Positions 1 through 14,039 are shown, numbered from the stretch's first letter. The stretch is 64,000 nt of DNA from Lytechinus pictus (GCF_037042905.1 NC_087250.1:20338001-20402000), one strand, 5' to 3'. Notes: generated by a model from the sequence alone, not told the origin. Numbers and translations are program-made.

Positions 1-403
1 CCCCCTCCCCCCATCTGCACACCAGGCTTGGCAATGGTGGAAAATCCATAACATTTGTGATCAAAACTTGCAAATGCTCATAGCTTCCTAATTATTTACT
101 TATTTTTTAACAAAATGAATTGTCATTGGTTTGGTTCTTAAGTCATTTATTTCAACTTACGGGCAAAATAGATAAATACATAAATAATGATAATATCAGT
201 AGTAGTAGTAGTAGTATTAGTAATAATAATATTAATAATATTAAAAATAGTAATAACAATAATAGTAATAGTAATAACAATAATAATGATAATAATAATA
301 ATACTTAGGAGATTGAAGAAGAAGAAGAAGAAGAAGAAAGAGAATAGTATGATATTTTTTTTAACACATTAGTTTGGTTCGTAAGTTATTTTTTTCTACT
401 CAC

Positions 404-490
404 AGGTAACATGTAGTCCTGTTGTGGAGACCGTTTTTTTGAGGGAGATTCCAGGGCATCTATGATGTTACCAGCACCGCACATCAATAA
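404..490 (-). CDS. MS4A-like paralog A, second coding exon (29 codons)
   Basis: Canonical AG/GT ends, phase 0/0, similar to exon 21122-21202. Confidence 0.85.
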
Positions 491-1647
491 CTGAAAAAAA
501 TATCAGAGGAAAGATTATGGACATGATGGAGAATTACAGAGATATAGATACACTCTAAAAATGAAGGATTTAAAATAAATTCATATCGGCTGTCAATAGT
601 GACCAGCCAAATATTATATTTAGTTTTGAACCTTGTAGATTTAAATCTAAATCTAAAAGATTTAAATTTAAATCTTTAGAAAGTTTTAAAGTTAATACCT
701 AAACATTTAAAATAAATCCAACATTCGGCTGGTCACTATCCACAGCCGATCTGGATTTATTTTAAATCCTTGATTTTTAGAGTGTATAATAGAGAGAGAG
801 AGAGACAAACTGAAAGAAGGCGAAAGATGGATAGAGCATGACAGAGACAGCAGACAGACAGAGAGGGAGAGAGGTTGAGGAGTGAGAGAGAAAGGAAGAG
901 ATGGAAACAGACGAACAGAGATACGAGAGACAGAAGGAGGGGGTTGAGTGTTGAATGTATCTTTCAAACTTGGTTAGATGTCATAAATGATGTGGCTTAC
1001 AGTTTCATTTTACTTCTTTTCAACTCCACGGATTAAATCCAAAACATACAGTCAAGTATTTCTTTAAAAAAAATGAAAAAATAAAAATCACCATGAATGA
1101 AACCGGAAAAGGAACAATGTAAAAATTTATTTCCAAAGTGGATAATCTTCAAATAAATTATCAACCTTTTTTGGCCCAGTAAAAAAATTGTTATTTATTG
1201 GGTCATCTCACCCACTTCCGGAACCACGAGAGGGGGCGCTATAAAAAAGTAAAACATTGTTTTTTGTCAATATTCCCTTTAATAACGAACTTGTCATGCT
1301 CGTGAGATACGTGTAATAGAACGGCTCTTTTTATACTTAGGATATGGAAATCAATTGTTATTGGGGACATCACCCAAATTTATATCGAAGAAGATTAAAT
1401 TCAATGTATCAAATAGCAAAATCACCCTTATCAATGATTGAGTTTGAGCACAGAGATACATTATCATATTTTATTTCGAGTGCAAATGACTTACGATTAT
1501 ACCACCCCAAAGAGGGGTGCCTACGGCGTTATTGGTAATTTGCACCGTGGAAAAGGCTGCAAGTTGTGCCGTCAAAATCAACATAGCCAGGGTTAGCAAT
1601 ATCTGCATGGCCCCTGTGAACCCGATGAATCGTCTCCTAAATCCCAT
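404..1647 (-). CDS. MS4A/CD20-like four-TM membrane protein, paralog A (partial; coding exons 1647-1495 and 490-404, remaining exons off the left edge)
   Basis: Exon 1647-1495 reads MGFRRRFIGFTGAMQILLTLAMLILTAQLAAFSTVQITNNAVGTPLWGGII, then GTAAGT donor (phase 0). Exon 490-404 follows a TTTTTTCAG acceptor, reads LLMCGAGNIIDALESPSKKRSPQQDYMLP, then GTGAGT. GxPxWGG followed by a phase-0 intron is the MS4A TM2 signature. Both exons align by eye with the plus-strand gene at 18961. Confidence 0.85.
551..784. mobile_element. Foldback MITE, TA-CACTCTAAAAA...TTTTTAGAGTG-TA
   Basis: Long terminal inverted repeats, TA flanks. Related CAC...GTG elements at 5819-6308, ~11163-11394, ~17232-17700 and ~20397-20636. 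Confidence 0.8.
1495..1647 (-). CDS. MS4A-like paralog A, first coding exon (51 codons; acceptor upstream, exon starts at 1684)
   Basis: ATG at 1647, hydrophobic TM1, GTPLWGGII, GTAAGT donor; pyrimidine tract plus AG 37 nt upstream of the ATG. Confidence 0.85.
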
Positions 1648-1927
1648 CGTAGGTGGCGTAGGTCTTTCGTTTTCAAGATCAAATCTAAAAAGAGTAGCAA
1701 TTAAAAAAAAAAGGTGGGTAGATTAATGAAATAAAATCATTTTAGACGAGCTGGGTATGGGAAAAGCTAACTTGATAACTGTGACCCGAGGAAGTTTATT
1801 CATTAAATCATGAGACACTTCATTTTATATCCGGTTCAATCATTAAAGCATTTTCAGTCATCATAAACCCTTTAATGCCGTGAAAATTTATGGTATCTTA
1901 CATGGTTGATTTTCAATTGGTCTGATG

Positions 1928-2450
1928 CAGTGGCGTACCTAGGATTTTCCACGGGGAGGGGGGCAAAACCGGAAAATTTGACAAGCAAAAAAAAGGTCTT
2001 CATTCACATATAAAGGATTTCGTACCAGAAAAAAAATTGACAAGCAAAAAATTTAAAAAATAAAAAAAAATAAAAAATAGAAAAAAGGTCTTCAATCACC
2101 GTGACATAAAAAGGATTTCGTATCAGAAAAAAAAATTACAAGCAAAAAAAAAAGGGCTTCAATCTCGTTAGGGGGGGGCAAAAAAGGTCTTCCGAAGGTC
2201 GTCAGGGGGGGGGGGGAGGTTTTCAAGCTCGTCAGGGGGCAGGGATAATAATAATAATAATAGTACTTGTATTTAAGAAACGCTATTCACGTTTGTACCA
2301 TAGCGCTTTACAAAAATTTGCATTGAATACAATAATAATACAACATAATCATAAACCATACAAACAAAATAAATCAACGTCCTTTGCATGGGTTGTGACT
2401 CGTCAGGGGGCGCCCCCCCCCCCTCCCGTCCCCCCGTAGGTACGCTAGTG
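1928..2450. mobile_element. hAT-type MITE (CAGTGGCGTACCTA...TAGGTACGCTAGTG) with internal TGACAAGCAAAAA repeats
   Basis: Short TIRs and G/C runs; a related copy lies at ~27060-27330. Confidence 0.7.
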
Positions 2451-5400
2451 GACTAATGCCAATTCGTCCAATTACCAACTCGTCTACTATCATTTGGTCT
2501 ACCATCAGTTCGTCCACTATCCACATAGTCTATACCTGCCATTTCGTGCACTCACCATTTCGTCTAACCAGTTGGTCCAATAGTCATTTAGTCCATGTAC
2601 CATTTTCTCTATTTGGACTAAGTGTTAATTGGGCAAAATTAATGAAAATAAAAGGGATATTAGACCAACTGGTTCTGAAAAGAAATGGTCAAAGACGAAC
2701 TGGTGATTAGACGAAATGATAATTGGACCAAGTGGTTCATATAGACGTAATGCTGATGGACGGAATGGCATTATACTACAAGGAGGTAGACCATGTGATG
2801 AGTGGACGAGTTGGTAATAGACGAATTGGCAATTTACCTCTTTTATCATATACATGGCCAAGAGGCAACTGCTCGCATAATGATGTCACAAATTAATGAT
2901 TTCAAACAATATTTTTTACCTTATTATTTGATGGTTTTACGCCAAAGACTTACAAATATTTTGGGCTTTTTGTATTAATGCACCCTTATAAACGATGAGG
3001 ATTCTCACCTTTAAGTGATAAACCCTCCATTATGATAACTATATACGCGAAAATGCCATCACGTGACTCGAGAACAAAAAACCTTGACGAAATACTTGAA
3101 CAAAGGTTAACTAAACGGAATGGCTATGAAAACCATTGTTGGTCTTGCACTCGAGTGATATTTGTTCTTAAATTTCAAAGGCAGCTCGTGCTAAGGTAGT
3201 GGCGCGCTCCCCTCCAAAAATTGTGTTCTTTTGTACAAGAATTTAAATATTCATCGAAATTCGAAACCCACAAAAACCTGTACCACCAAAGCCCTCACTA
3301 GCAATACAAACTCCATACTATTAACGAAAGGTATGCCATGGGTATCAATATATTGACTTGATGGTATTAATTTTTTTATAGTGCATTAACATACGAAGCT
3401 TGACCCCATTAGTATTCTTCAAATATTCTATTGAACATTCTTAATTTCTATTTGTATTTGATAAATTTTAATCAGTTATTTATTTCAGGGGACTCACATA
3501 AACAAGCGAAGCTTTCCAGTGAGTTCCCTTTTTTCATTTCTGTTATTCATATTATGTTTTGTTCCTACTTATATACTTTGTCAATTTGTATGAAATGAAG
3601 AAAAAAATAAATTCAATCAATCAATCAATCAAAGGTAATTACGTTATTTCCATTGCCATAATCATTGTTCATTCTGATGTAGGTTTCTTCATGTGTCTGT
3701 TAGTCGCAAAAAGGCTGCATAGGCATGATATGTACCCCCCCCCCCCTCTTCTCACTCTCCCTTTATCGCTACCCCTCCCTCTCTTTCTCTCAATATATAA
3801 TTCACATGATTTAACCTCTGCCATGTCCAAAAACAGGTCACAAAATTTCACAATAGGGCCAGGTGTACGACAAGGCTACCCTCACCCACCGTTATTGCTT
3901 TTTTTTCTTAATAATATCCGATGTTAAATGCGACAAGGGGAAATTTTGCCCAGGCATGAGAAAATACCAAGACCCTCGCGTCGAAAAAGGAATATTTAAT
4001 TTAAGCTCGATGAATTCAAGGTACATGTAGTTTTACCTTAACTTATATGCCGATCACCATTATGACAAGTGTCATCGACTCGTTTACAATATTATCGTTT
4101 CCATTGTTATAACAATATTACTACTACTGCTGCTGCAGCTTCTACTGTTGATTGTTTTTTCTGTTACACTTATTTAGTTTTAAAAAATAGAAGAAAAAAA
4201 ACAGTAGAAGCCGCATCAGCAGCAGTAGTTGTAATATTATTATTATAATGGATATAACGTCAGTAATAACAACAGCAGTGAAAAAAATATATTACTATTA
4301 ATGTACATAATGATGATAATAATACTAATAATGATAATAGTAATTACATTAATAAGATATTAGGAGCAATATAGTAATAGTAATAATTATTAATAATGAT
4401 GTTGATAAGGATGATGATGATAATTGATAATCACAATAATCACGATTATTATTATTATAACAATAACATTCACATTGTGCTGTTGTGCTTACAAAATTAA
4501 TGTAAAATAGTGTACAACAAGCAAAAATTTGAAAAATCGAAGGACAATATGATGAACACATGAATATGACAGGTCTTAATAAGTGTTTTGAATGATGCGA
4601 TAGCGGATCCCTCACAAGAGGATACCGGACGAGAGTTTGGAGGCAAGATGGAAAAATGCATAATGCATAATAATAAAGACATGTCATATTACAGGCAGGA
4701 AATAGGTACAGGTAAGCGGTAGGCTAAAAGCAGAACGGATTTGTTACGTTGCTGAAGACACCGTTCTCGAGAAATATAAAACAATCCTGTAAAAACCCAA
4801 CAGTCAACTTGACTCCTCATTAATCAGAGCTTGATAAAAGACTTCTCAGAAGAAATTACAAAAAATGTAAAATATAGTATTAGAGAAGTCTCTGATAATA
4901 ACAAAAATATTGAGATACTCACAATGAAGAATGGACTATGTATATGCTCCAGTTGCGAGAACTGATCGGTGAATGCGAAGTAAAGTGGAGTTGGAAAGGG
5001 TTGGTCTGTTCGAGGAAGTATAACTTGACCAGCGTATCACACTATAAATACTCAAATGTTGCCTATTCAACGATCGTAAACTCAAAGAGATCAAATTGGC
5101 ACTACCCCTAAAGATGCGATCTTTGATAATGAAATTGATCAATTACTGTATAGATCATCGACAATAAAGGTTTATTATTATATTGTTTAATTTCAAAAAT
5201 ATATATTTCCTCTAATATTAACACAGATATTTTAATTGCAGATTTAAATCCTTATAAAAAAATGAAAAGACGGAGAAGCAAATTGGCAGCGTATACCTGT
5301 ACGTCAAATAATGAAATTATGACAATGACATGGGCGCAGTATTCATTGAAATATTACAAAGCAAACTTCCTTATGTAAATAATGAATTTGTGAGTGCAAG

Positions 5401-5818
5401 ATATTGGCCAATGCTAATAATAGCGCTGGGCCCGCCCAGAAGCTAAATAGTTCTAAGTGAAGAACTACCTTTGAAAATGACGTATCTTGGGAAACGTATT
5501 CGTTGTCACTTCGTGCCAAGGCCACTCCTGTAGTCTAGATCCAGAAAGAGGCAAACATGGAGGATGCAGAAAAATTGGAAAAGACTCGTAATTATAAAAA
5601 TGTTTTCCAATGCTATTAAAAATGCTATCACCTTCTTCTTTTTAATTGTCACAAGCAACTGGTGTAAGCCTCTTGTTGTCTGATATACCATCGGCTAAAC
5701 CATGTCAATGATGGAGGTCTCCCACATTTCAAAATGTATTATGTCGATATATGTATATATTTTTTTTTCCTGCTATTTATTTCATTAATTAAATACAATT
5801 ATCAGGTATAAATAAATA

Positions 5819-6308
5819 CACTGCAAAAACTCCGGTGTTGATTTAACACCAGCCCGGAATCTATATATGTCCACACCAGAGAAGTATTGAAATAACACCA
5901 GTTAAGAATCAAACCCATGCTGTTCGGACTTTGAAACAGAGGGTCGTGGGTTCGAATCCCAGCCATGGCGTAATTTCCTTCAGCAAGAAACTGATCCACA
6001 GTGTGCTGCACTCAACCCAAGTGAGGTAAATGGGTACCGGTAGGAAGTAATTCCTTAAAAAGCTGTGTGTGCTATGAACGCCTAGCTTAGCCGGGTAATA
6101 TAGGAGCGCCTTGAGCACCTAACAAGGTGGATATTTGCGCAATATAAATACCCTATATCATTATTATTATTATTAATACTAATTGGTGTTGTATAAACAC
6201 CTATCTGGCGTTAGACCGAAACCAAACTGGTGTAGTTTAACACTTCTCTGGTGTGGACATATATAGATTGCGGGATGGTGTTAAATCAACACCGGTGTTT
6301 TTGCAGTG
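5819..6308. mobile_element. Foldback MITE (CACTGCAAAAACTCCGGTG TIRs) with a nested SINE
   Basis: Inverted ends flanked by TA; a SINE interrupts the interior. Confidence 0.8.
5922..6174 (+). mobile_element. tRNA-derived SINE, 5'-truncated
   Basis: B-box GGTTCGAATCCC at 5949-5960, body GCACTCAACCCAAGTGAGGTAAATGGGTAC, (TTA)n tail. Related copies at ~50380-50630 and ~42335-42498. Confidence 0.8.
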
Positions 6309-8830
6309 TATATTTCATTTAGATTGTTAGAATATTATGTATGCATGTGTTATTCATTATGTCATTTGCGTATTGTTATGTTATGCTAAGAAAAAAACGA
6401 TTACACTTGTATATATTTGTGTTATTGGAATGTGGAAATAAATAAATCAAATCAAATTTAGTATAATTGCTGTTCAGGCCTAACCTACTACTGTCCGGTC
6501 AATCCCTGCATGACCGTGACCCAACTTTGCAGCGATTGTGATTAGTGCCCATACACGATGCATGCTCATCTTTGGGTACTTTTAGAGTGACTTAAGGTGC
6601 ATGCATGGCCTTATTGAACATAATTATGTTGCACTTGCACAAACCTAAACGACTTGTAATCACTGGTGTTAGTTTGTAGATCAGTGCTGGTAAAATGGTA
6701 TCTCTCTGACTCTCTCAAAGTGAACTTAACAAGCACCTTCTGTGATGTTCCCATGAATTCGCCCATTTTGACGAACTTGTGCCCCCCCCCCCCTCCCAGC
6801 CAAAAAGACTTAATAAACCATATAGAAATATTTCTTTCGAGGATGGGAATGGATCGGTGTTTGGCTGTGTTACATCCCTATTAAAGGATTTTAAGAAAGC
6901 GAGCACATTCGTACCGGGGTGGGGGGCGTGCCTTCCCTCAATTCGGGACTTTTGTACACGGCCGATCGGAGAGGGTTGTCTCGTCCACTTTCGATTGACC
7001 AATGAAATTTCCGTCTGAGCGGGGTCTGGGTTACCACCTGAATGTGTATGGGGGGAGGGAGGGGGTCGATGGCATATGATGCGCAATCGTTTTCAGTTGA
7101 CTATGTATTTGGTTACTCTTTCTATCATGGGAAGAATTTCGAAATTTGAATAGTTATTTCCAAACTTCCCAAAACTGTATTCCTATGGACTTGTCAAGGC
7201 AAAGAAAAATAGAAGACAGAGTAAATGTGAGAACGCCACTTCTATAACGGGCAAAAACAGAACAAAAAAAGGGAAAAAAGAACTGGGCCCGGTCTCACAA
7301 AGAGTTTCAATTGATCCGATTAACCTCAACTGTATGGAAATCCGTCAATGTCATAATATTTTATGAAGGAAATTTGAACAATGTACTTCAGTAACCGAAG
7401 AGAAGCGCACTGAATTGGCAGGACAGCGATGGATGTATGAATATACATCATATTCAGAAAATAGTTTGAGCAAACATGTACTCTAGATGTTGGCGTTGTT
7501 GGCTTTCCATAGTTGTGCTTCACGGGATCAAACGCAAATGACTGTAGGACAGGGCCTCGGACAGAAATTCCTAGTGACACCACAGAGCCATCCACAGAAC
7601 GGTCCATTGAGCAGCAACTAAAGATATGTGAAGTGCATTATGAGACACACAAAAGACAGAATAGAAATCTATTGAAAAGAAATGAAATATGGAATTCCTG
7701 AATCAGAAGAACTAATTGTACACTAAACCACCACCTGAGAATCGGGGGACATTTGTCAAAACTCGTGTTGTATGTGTCTACCTGATGATAGGGTATTTAT
7801 GTCCTCTGTTTGATGTTTCATTCGAATTTGTAAAAAAGGAAGTAAAGATCTTAGTATTGCGTGGTCGGTCTAAATATATTCCGGTCATATCTGAATTACT
7901 ATTCCAATCATGATGAAAAGCTGCGGTCATTTTGATTACCATTTTCTTTTATCATGAATGACCTGTTAGGAGATTTTAATTTCCGTTAACATAATAGCCC
8001 GGTATTGCCTTCGAAGTGGGAGGAATTCTTTCAAAGAAATTATCAATTATCATGAGAGGATTCTGTCCATTATTTAAGGCACATGAATCTTGTTCGTACA
8101 TATTTTAGAAAGTTGAAATGCAAACTCTTTCAACTTTCATGTCTGTTATAAAAAACAAAACAAAAACTTTTCATAAAATAAAGAAGATTCACTTTATTCC
8201 ATACAGTTACACAATCAACCCTGGAAATGGTTACCAGTAACCCATGGAGGGAAACGCTAATCGTTAAACATTAAGTTACATTCATATTACGAATCAAATA
8301 TTTCATCTTATATTTGAAATAAGGGTTTTATAGAAGTCAACGTCAATGCACATGATAATTGTTTGCAAGTCATTACATTGTTTCTTTTTCAAGATAACCA
8401 TTGACTCTCAACGAAGACAACGAAAATAAACCATGACCAATCTCAGATTATTACATAGTTTATTAAGATTGTGACAAATTACGTTCAAATAAGTCCCTGA
8501 ATATGAAAATATGATATTATAACCTGCCTGCGTATACCGCAAAAAGAAAAAGAAAAAAAACCATAGTGTTCGATACTAATTGTGTGTTAAATGTTGCGTT
8601 CAGTGTGTGTGTGAAATCATAATGTTATTTTTTTTTAAGAATTTAAACTTGTCACATTTTCACATGGTCAAATAGGTAAAGACGCTGTGAATAGTCAAGC
8701 TATAGATGTGTCCACAGTGTAAAATTATCTCCATACCCCCACTGTGTGAACATACTGTGAACACAGTATGTGGCACTATGTGCCATCGCAGTGTGAAATC
8801 ACCTACACGCTCTTGAATTTAGCATTTTAA

Positions 8831-9424
8831 ATGGATGGTCCGGTCTGAACATATTTTTATCTAAATAAATAGAGTAAAATTCACAAAGCAAAATGCTGAA
8901 AATTTCATCGAGATCGGATAACAAATAACGAAGTTATTGAATTTTAAAGTTTATCAATATTTTGTGAAAACAGTCATATGCACATTGTCATAAATATTCA
9001 TTAGGTGGGCTGATAATATCACGTCCCCACTTTCCTTTTTCTTATATTATATTACATGAAATCATAATTGTTTCAGTTTTTCATACATGTGTAAATGATG
9101 TGTCTCCATTAAGACGAAATAAGTTGCGGCAATAGATAACTAATGCACTTAATCATTTGTCAATCCAATCGTTATAGTTTTTGGTAGTAAAATTTTGGGG
9201 AAAAAACAATTTAAAAGACAAGTGGGGATATGACATCATCAGCCCACCTAAATGAATATTCATGAAGACATGCCTATAGAACTGTTTCACCGGAATAATG
9301 CAAATCTTTAAAATTCAATAACTTCGTTATTTGTTATCCGATTTTGATCAAATCTTCAGCATTTTGCTTTGTGAATTTTACCCTATTTATTCAGATATAA
9401 ATATCTCCAGCCTGGACCATCCCT
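8831..9424. mobile_element. TTAA-flanked non-autonomous element (Kolobok-like)
   Basis: TTAA on both sides, long inverted ends. Related copies at ~14230-14890, 48498-49072 and ~54559-55140. Confidence 0.7.
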
Positions 9425-9686
9425 TTAACTGTCAGAGTCAAATTTTCACATAGGCTATGGAAGCACACAGTGAATATTCACCCCGTACATTATGTTCACA
9501 GTGTGAAATTATCTTCATACTCCCACTGTGTTGACATACTGTGAACATACTGTGCATACACTGTATGACACTGTGTTCTTACCACAAAGGGATGTGGGAT
9601 AATGCCGATAGCCGTCCCTCTGGAACTGGGCGTGTCGCGATGTGGATAGTTGCCCTATTATAGAGCCTATAGTATTACTAATGCCT

Positions 9687-9938
9687 CAGTCACATTTGCT
9701 CTACAGCGGCCGTACGGCGAGTCAAAAACAGTCGTTTTTAAAATGTTGGTACCAGCTACATACTAGGCAGGGGCCACCGAACGGTTTTCAAAGTGGGGGG
9801 GGGGGGGCAGGGGCGTCGATCCATTTTTCAGATTGGGGGGCGAAATCATTAACGTTCCAAAGGCGCTCGATCGTACAAAACACCCACCCACACACACACA
9901 CACACGCATACATATATATATATATATATTATATATAT

Positions 9939-10026
<88 letters not shown>

Positions 10027-10821
10027 CTATATATATGTATGACTCATGAGACACAGACACGTATCTCACTACACAGATAGTACGAGTGCCGAGAGTGAGC
10101 TCAAATTTCTTTATATTCTGAGCTGAAAACTTGATATTCTAAGCATTTTTGGTACCAATGATTAAGATTTGTATCTAAAAGAGAATAGATGCGAGCGCGA
10201 AGCGCGAGCTGAAAATTTTGATATTTCGATCTGAAAAAATGACAGTTTACTGGACGTTTTTGATAAAGAACAAGCTATATATCCAAGAAAAGATGATTGC
10301 AAATTGAAGCAGTTCTTTTGAGGCTTAGAACTGAAAATGGGACATTTACATTCACCAATTTAATCATGAAAAGTATGGGTTTTTGCTACAGAAATGATGC
10401 GAGCGCGAAGCGCGAGCTGAAAATTTTTATATTCCAATCTGAAAAGCGGACATTTTGAGCACGATTTTAAATAAAGAACGAGTTGTGTATCTCAATCTCG
10501 CTTGCCGAACATTACAATCTTGTTTTTTTTAATGCATATCCGGAATTATTGGGGGGTCAAAATGATATGTTTGCCCCCCCCCAAATATTTTCATTGGTGG
10601 GGCGATCGCACCCCCTACCCCCCCAGGATCGACGCCTCTGGGGGGGGGGCTGACCATGCCATAAATCACAATCACATTGTCATTTTTACGTTTTTGTACA
10701 CCGTTTTGGAAAAAACGCCCCCCCCCCCGCTTCTGCGGCCCCTATTAGGTGGTATGAATAAAAATGAATAAAATGGCTGCTTTAGACTCGCCGTACGGCC
10801 GCCGTATAGCAAATGTGACTG
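9687..10821. mobile_element. Three-level nested MITE stack (9687-10821 > 9768-10743 > 9808-10640)
   Basis: Three concentric TIR pairs: CAGTCACATTTGC/GCAAATGTGACTG, CAGGGGCC/GGCCCCT, and CAGGGGCGTCGATCC/GGATCGACGCCTCTG inside a G-run. Confidence 0.8.
9888..10040 (+). repeat. (CA)n/(TA)n microsatellite
   Basis: Directly visible. Confidence 0.95.
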
Positions 10822-12679
10822 AATTATAATTACGATATGCACTTGGATTTAGACATATCGAAACTATTCAAGCACAGTGAATGATGCATTCTGTTTGAAT
10901 TACTCTTCCAACTTTGGCATGTTTGGGGCCATAAACCACATTCCAGTGCATCAGAAGACTACAAAGATTGTTTAGAAACACAAAAGCTAATGGCATTCTT
11001 GAAATATTTGCTGAATAGTAGTATACATTGACATTCAGTATAGTCTGTATTAGCATGCTCTCATATAAAATGTCTACTCTCATATAGTATTTAGTAATGA
11101 TCATGTGTGATGACACACTAAATGACAGTCCTAATCGACATAAACATAAATGTTGCCTAATTACACAGTACGTTGTTTAAAATTTTAAACAACGTTTTTT
11201 GCTAAATGAACCTTAAAGTGGTTGTATAACATTTTAAGCAATCATGCTTTGTTTATTGAAAAATGAAATTACAATATACTTATATTTTGTTGTTTAAGAT
11301 TTTAAACACTTGTTCAAACTGTTTAAAGAATTACTGTAAGGGTCATATTGTGAACAGCATTGTATAATTTTTAAACAACGTTTTTTTATTGCGTAAGAAC
11401 TCCTAACCAACAAAGTGTATAATCTGATTTTAACTGTATTACATGTTAAGATCCCCCATCTCACTTTAATTTGTATAATTGAATGTGATACTGAGGGCCC
11501 TCCCTGTTAAAGTTCGTTTTGTTTTCTTTAAATCCAACTTATCTGTTCTATTAGATTAATTATTTTAAAATGTATTTTAAAAAGCCTCCATTTCTATTCA
11601 CCAATTTTAACGTCGCATAGTCTCCCATCATATTCACAAAGGCGGGGCAACATCAAAAGTAAGGTGATCCGATGTAAGGCCTCCAAACCCTACCTTAAAA
11701 CCCAGAACCTGCCCCGGGGAGCGTTTCATGAAAGGACTTGTCAGACGTTTTATCAGACAAGTCCCATTTCATCCGACAGTTACCATAGGAACAGTGCCTC
11801 TCAGCCAATCAACATCAGGGAAAGATGTCAGATCTGACAACTTGTCGGATGAAAATGTTGATGAAACACTCCCCAGAACTGACACACCCATTTTCCTCTA
11901 ACGCACACGCACACACACGCGCGCGCACCGTCACACTCAGTCTTTCCCACGGGAAGTATTGATGTGACTTTAACCGTGAGATAGTGCAACTACTGTGTGT
12001 AATATCAGTACGCTATTCAAATGATCGCCACTTGAAGTTGTGAGGTTCAGGGTTATTTGGCAATTAAAAGAGTTTTTAACTGATCCGCCCTTTGTAGATT
12101 CGGTAAGTTGACATAATCCTGGAGTATTTGCTTTGTTTTGTAAAGATAAATATGTATAGAAAATGAAGGTTTGCTCTTAACTTTCAGTTAAGCATTTAGC
12201 AACTCCGCTGGAAGGTCATATTCTCAAACTGATGTATGTAGATTTATGGAAGAACAGTGGTATTTTATTAATACCGCTGAAATGGGACATCCTCCATAAT
12301 TATGATCTGTACGTTATGTTAAATTGAGCATGTATATATATCATTTTTTATATGGAAATAAATACAAACAAACATTACCATCCTGAACTTAAGCATCTTT
12401 TGTGAAAAAGGTATATTAAAAAGGAACTAATGCAGCAAGATTTATACAAGTATTGTCGTTATTTTTTAAGTATTCTTTTGTTTCATATATCCATCATGAT
12501 ATGAGAAGAATTAGGAGTTATGTAGTAGTGGTGGAAGTAGTAGTAGCAGCAACAGCAGTACAGAAAATGTAGTATAGTAATAACATGAGGATTAGTTGTA
12601 GAAGTTGTTTTAGTATTATGGTTAGTACGGAATCACAAATGTTGCCACCGTCGTCAAAGTTAGTCTAGTGGTCATTTTT

Positions 12680-12908
12680 TTATTATTATCATTATTATCA
12701 TCATTTTGCTGCGACTTGTTGTTATTATTATTATTATTATTATCATTATTATTACTACTACTACTGTCATTATTTATTAGTAGTATCATCATCATAATCA
12801 TTATAGTTATTGTAGTTAGTAGTAGAAGTAGTAGTAGTAGAATTAGTAGTAGTAGTAGTAGTAGTAGTAGTAGCAGTAGTAGTAGTAGTAGTTGTAGTAG
12901 TAGTATTA

Positions 12909-12981
<73 letters not shown>
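12680..12981 (+). repeat. (TTA)n/(TAG)n trinucleotide microsatellite
   Basis: Directly visible; similar tracts at ~180-345 and ~4230-4460. Confidence 0.92.
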
Positions 12982-14039
12982 CAGGGGCGGATCCAGCTTT
13001 CGCCAATAGGGGGGGCCGAAAAATATTTTCATCAACAATTTTCTCGATTGGCCGCTATAATCTGATTTTTTTTGGGGGGGGGGTTCAGGGGGTAGTCCTA
13101 ACTAGAGACTGAAGTTTTAATTATATGTTAGTTTTTATTGTTATAAACAAGATAAGGTATATCATGTCGTCTTAATATATAATGCGAGCGCGAAGCGCGA
13201 GCTCAAATTCTTTGATATTTTTTGTCCTTAGACCTGAAGATTCTGAGGAGATTTTATAATAATGAAAAAGATAAGTATCCAACTAAACAATGCGAGCGCG
13301 TAGCGCGAGCCGAAATTTTATCATAGTAACGTGAAAAGGGACTCAATTAGGACTGTTTTTAGTGATTAATGAAGAGGATGCAAGTATCACCAATTAAATA
13401 ATGAGAGTGCGAAGCGCGAGCTCAAACTTTTTGATATTCCGACCTGAAAACTGGACAGTCTAAGCGCGTTTTTATTTAAATACAAAAAAAGCTGTGTGTC
13501 TCAAACAATCAAATGCGAGCGCGAAGCACAAGCTCAATTTTTTTATATACTGACATGATAAAGGAGCATTTTGACAAATTTTGGTAAGAATTTCCAAAGA
13601 GGATAGGTAACTCACAAATCAAACAATGCGAGCGCGCAGCGCGAGCTGAAAATTTTGATATAAACAATTTGTGTAAAACAAACAAAGTAATTAAAGCTTG
13701 ATGTGCGAGCTAAAATATTGTGTGCAAATTGATTTCAGATCTGGATATATAAGTGTCATTTAATCCTCTTGAAAGGGATTCATTGGCACAGGCAATGCGA
13801 GCGCGAAGCGCGAGCGAAACTTTTTATATAAAGTTCTTTTTCCAATTCTTCCCCTCACCCTTTTTTTCGTTCCTTTCGGGGTCGGGCCGGCCGTTACGAG
13901 GTTGTAAATTACACATCCTGGGTATGATACCTCTTTCCTACTTTTCTTTAGTGTTTTTCCTATAGTACACTTTTTCTGCAGGTTGTCAAAAAATAGGGGG
14001 GGCCGGGGCCGGCTCGGCCCCCTCCTGGATCCGCGCCTG
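12982..14039. mobile_element. hAT-like non-autonomous element inserted in a (TAG)n microsatellite
   Basis: CAGGGGCGGATCCAG...CTGGATCCGCGCCTG ends, AGTAGTAG on both sides, internal ~111-bp repeat. Confidence 0.8.

Noticed and set aside
5930..5975. Functional tRNA gene
   Set aside because: Only the 3' half and B-box are present, followed by a SINE body and tail.
12622..13038. Poly-Leu/Ser/Thr ORFs
   Set aside because: Translations of (TAG)n/(TTA)n microsatellite.
13182..13815. CRISPR-like array (conserved repeat with variable spacers)
   Set aside because: The linkers are ~90 bp and related to each other, the array lies inside a TIR element in eukaryotic DNA, and there are no cas genes.
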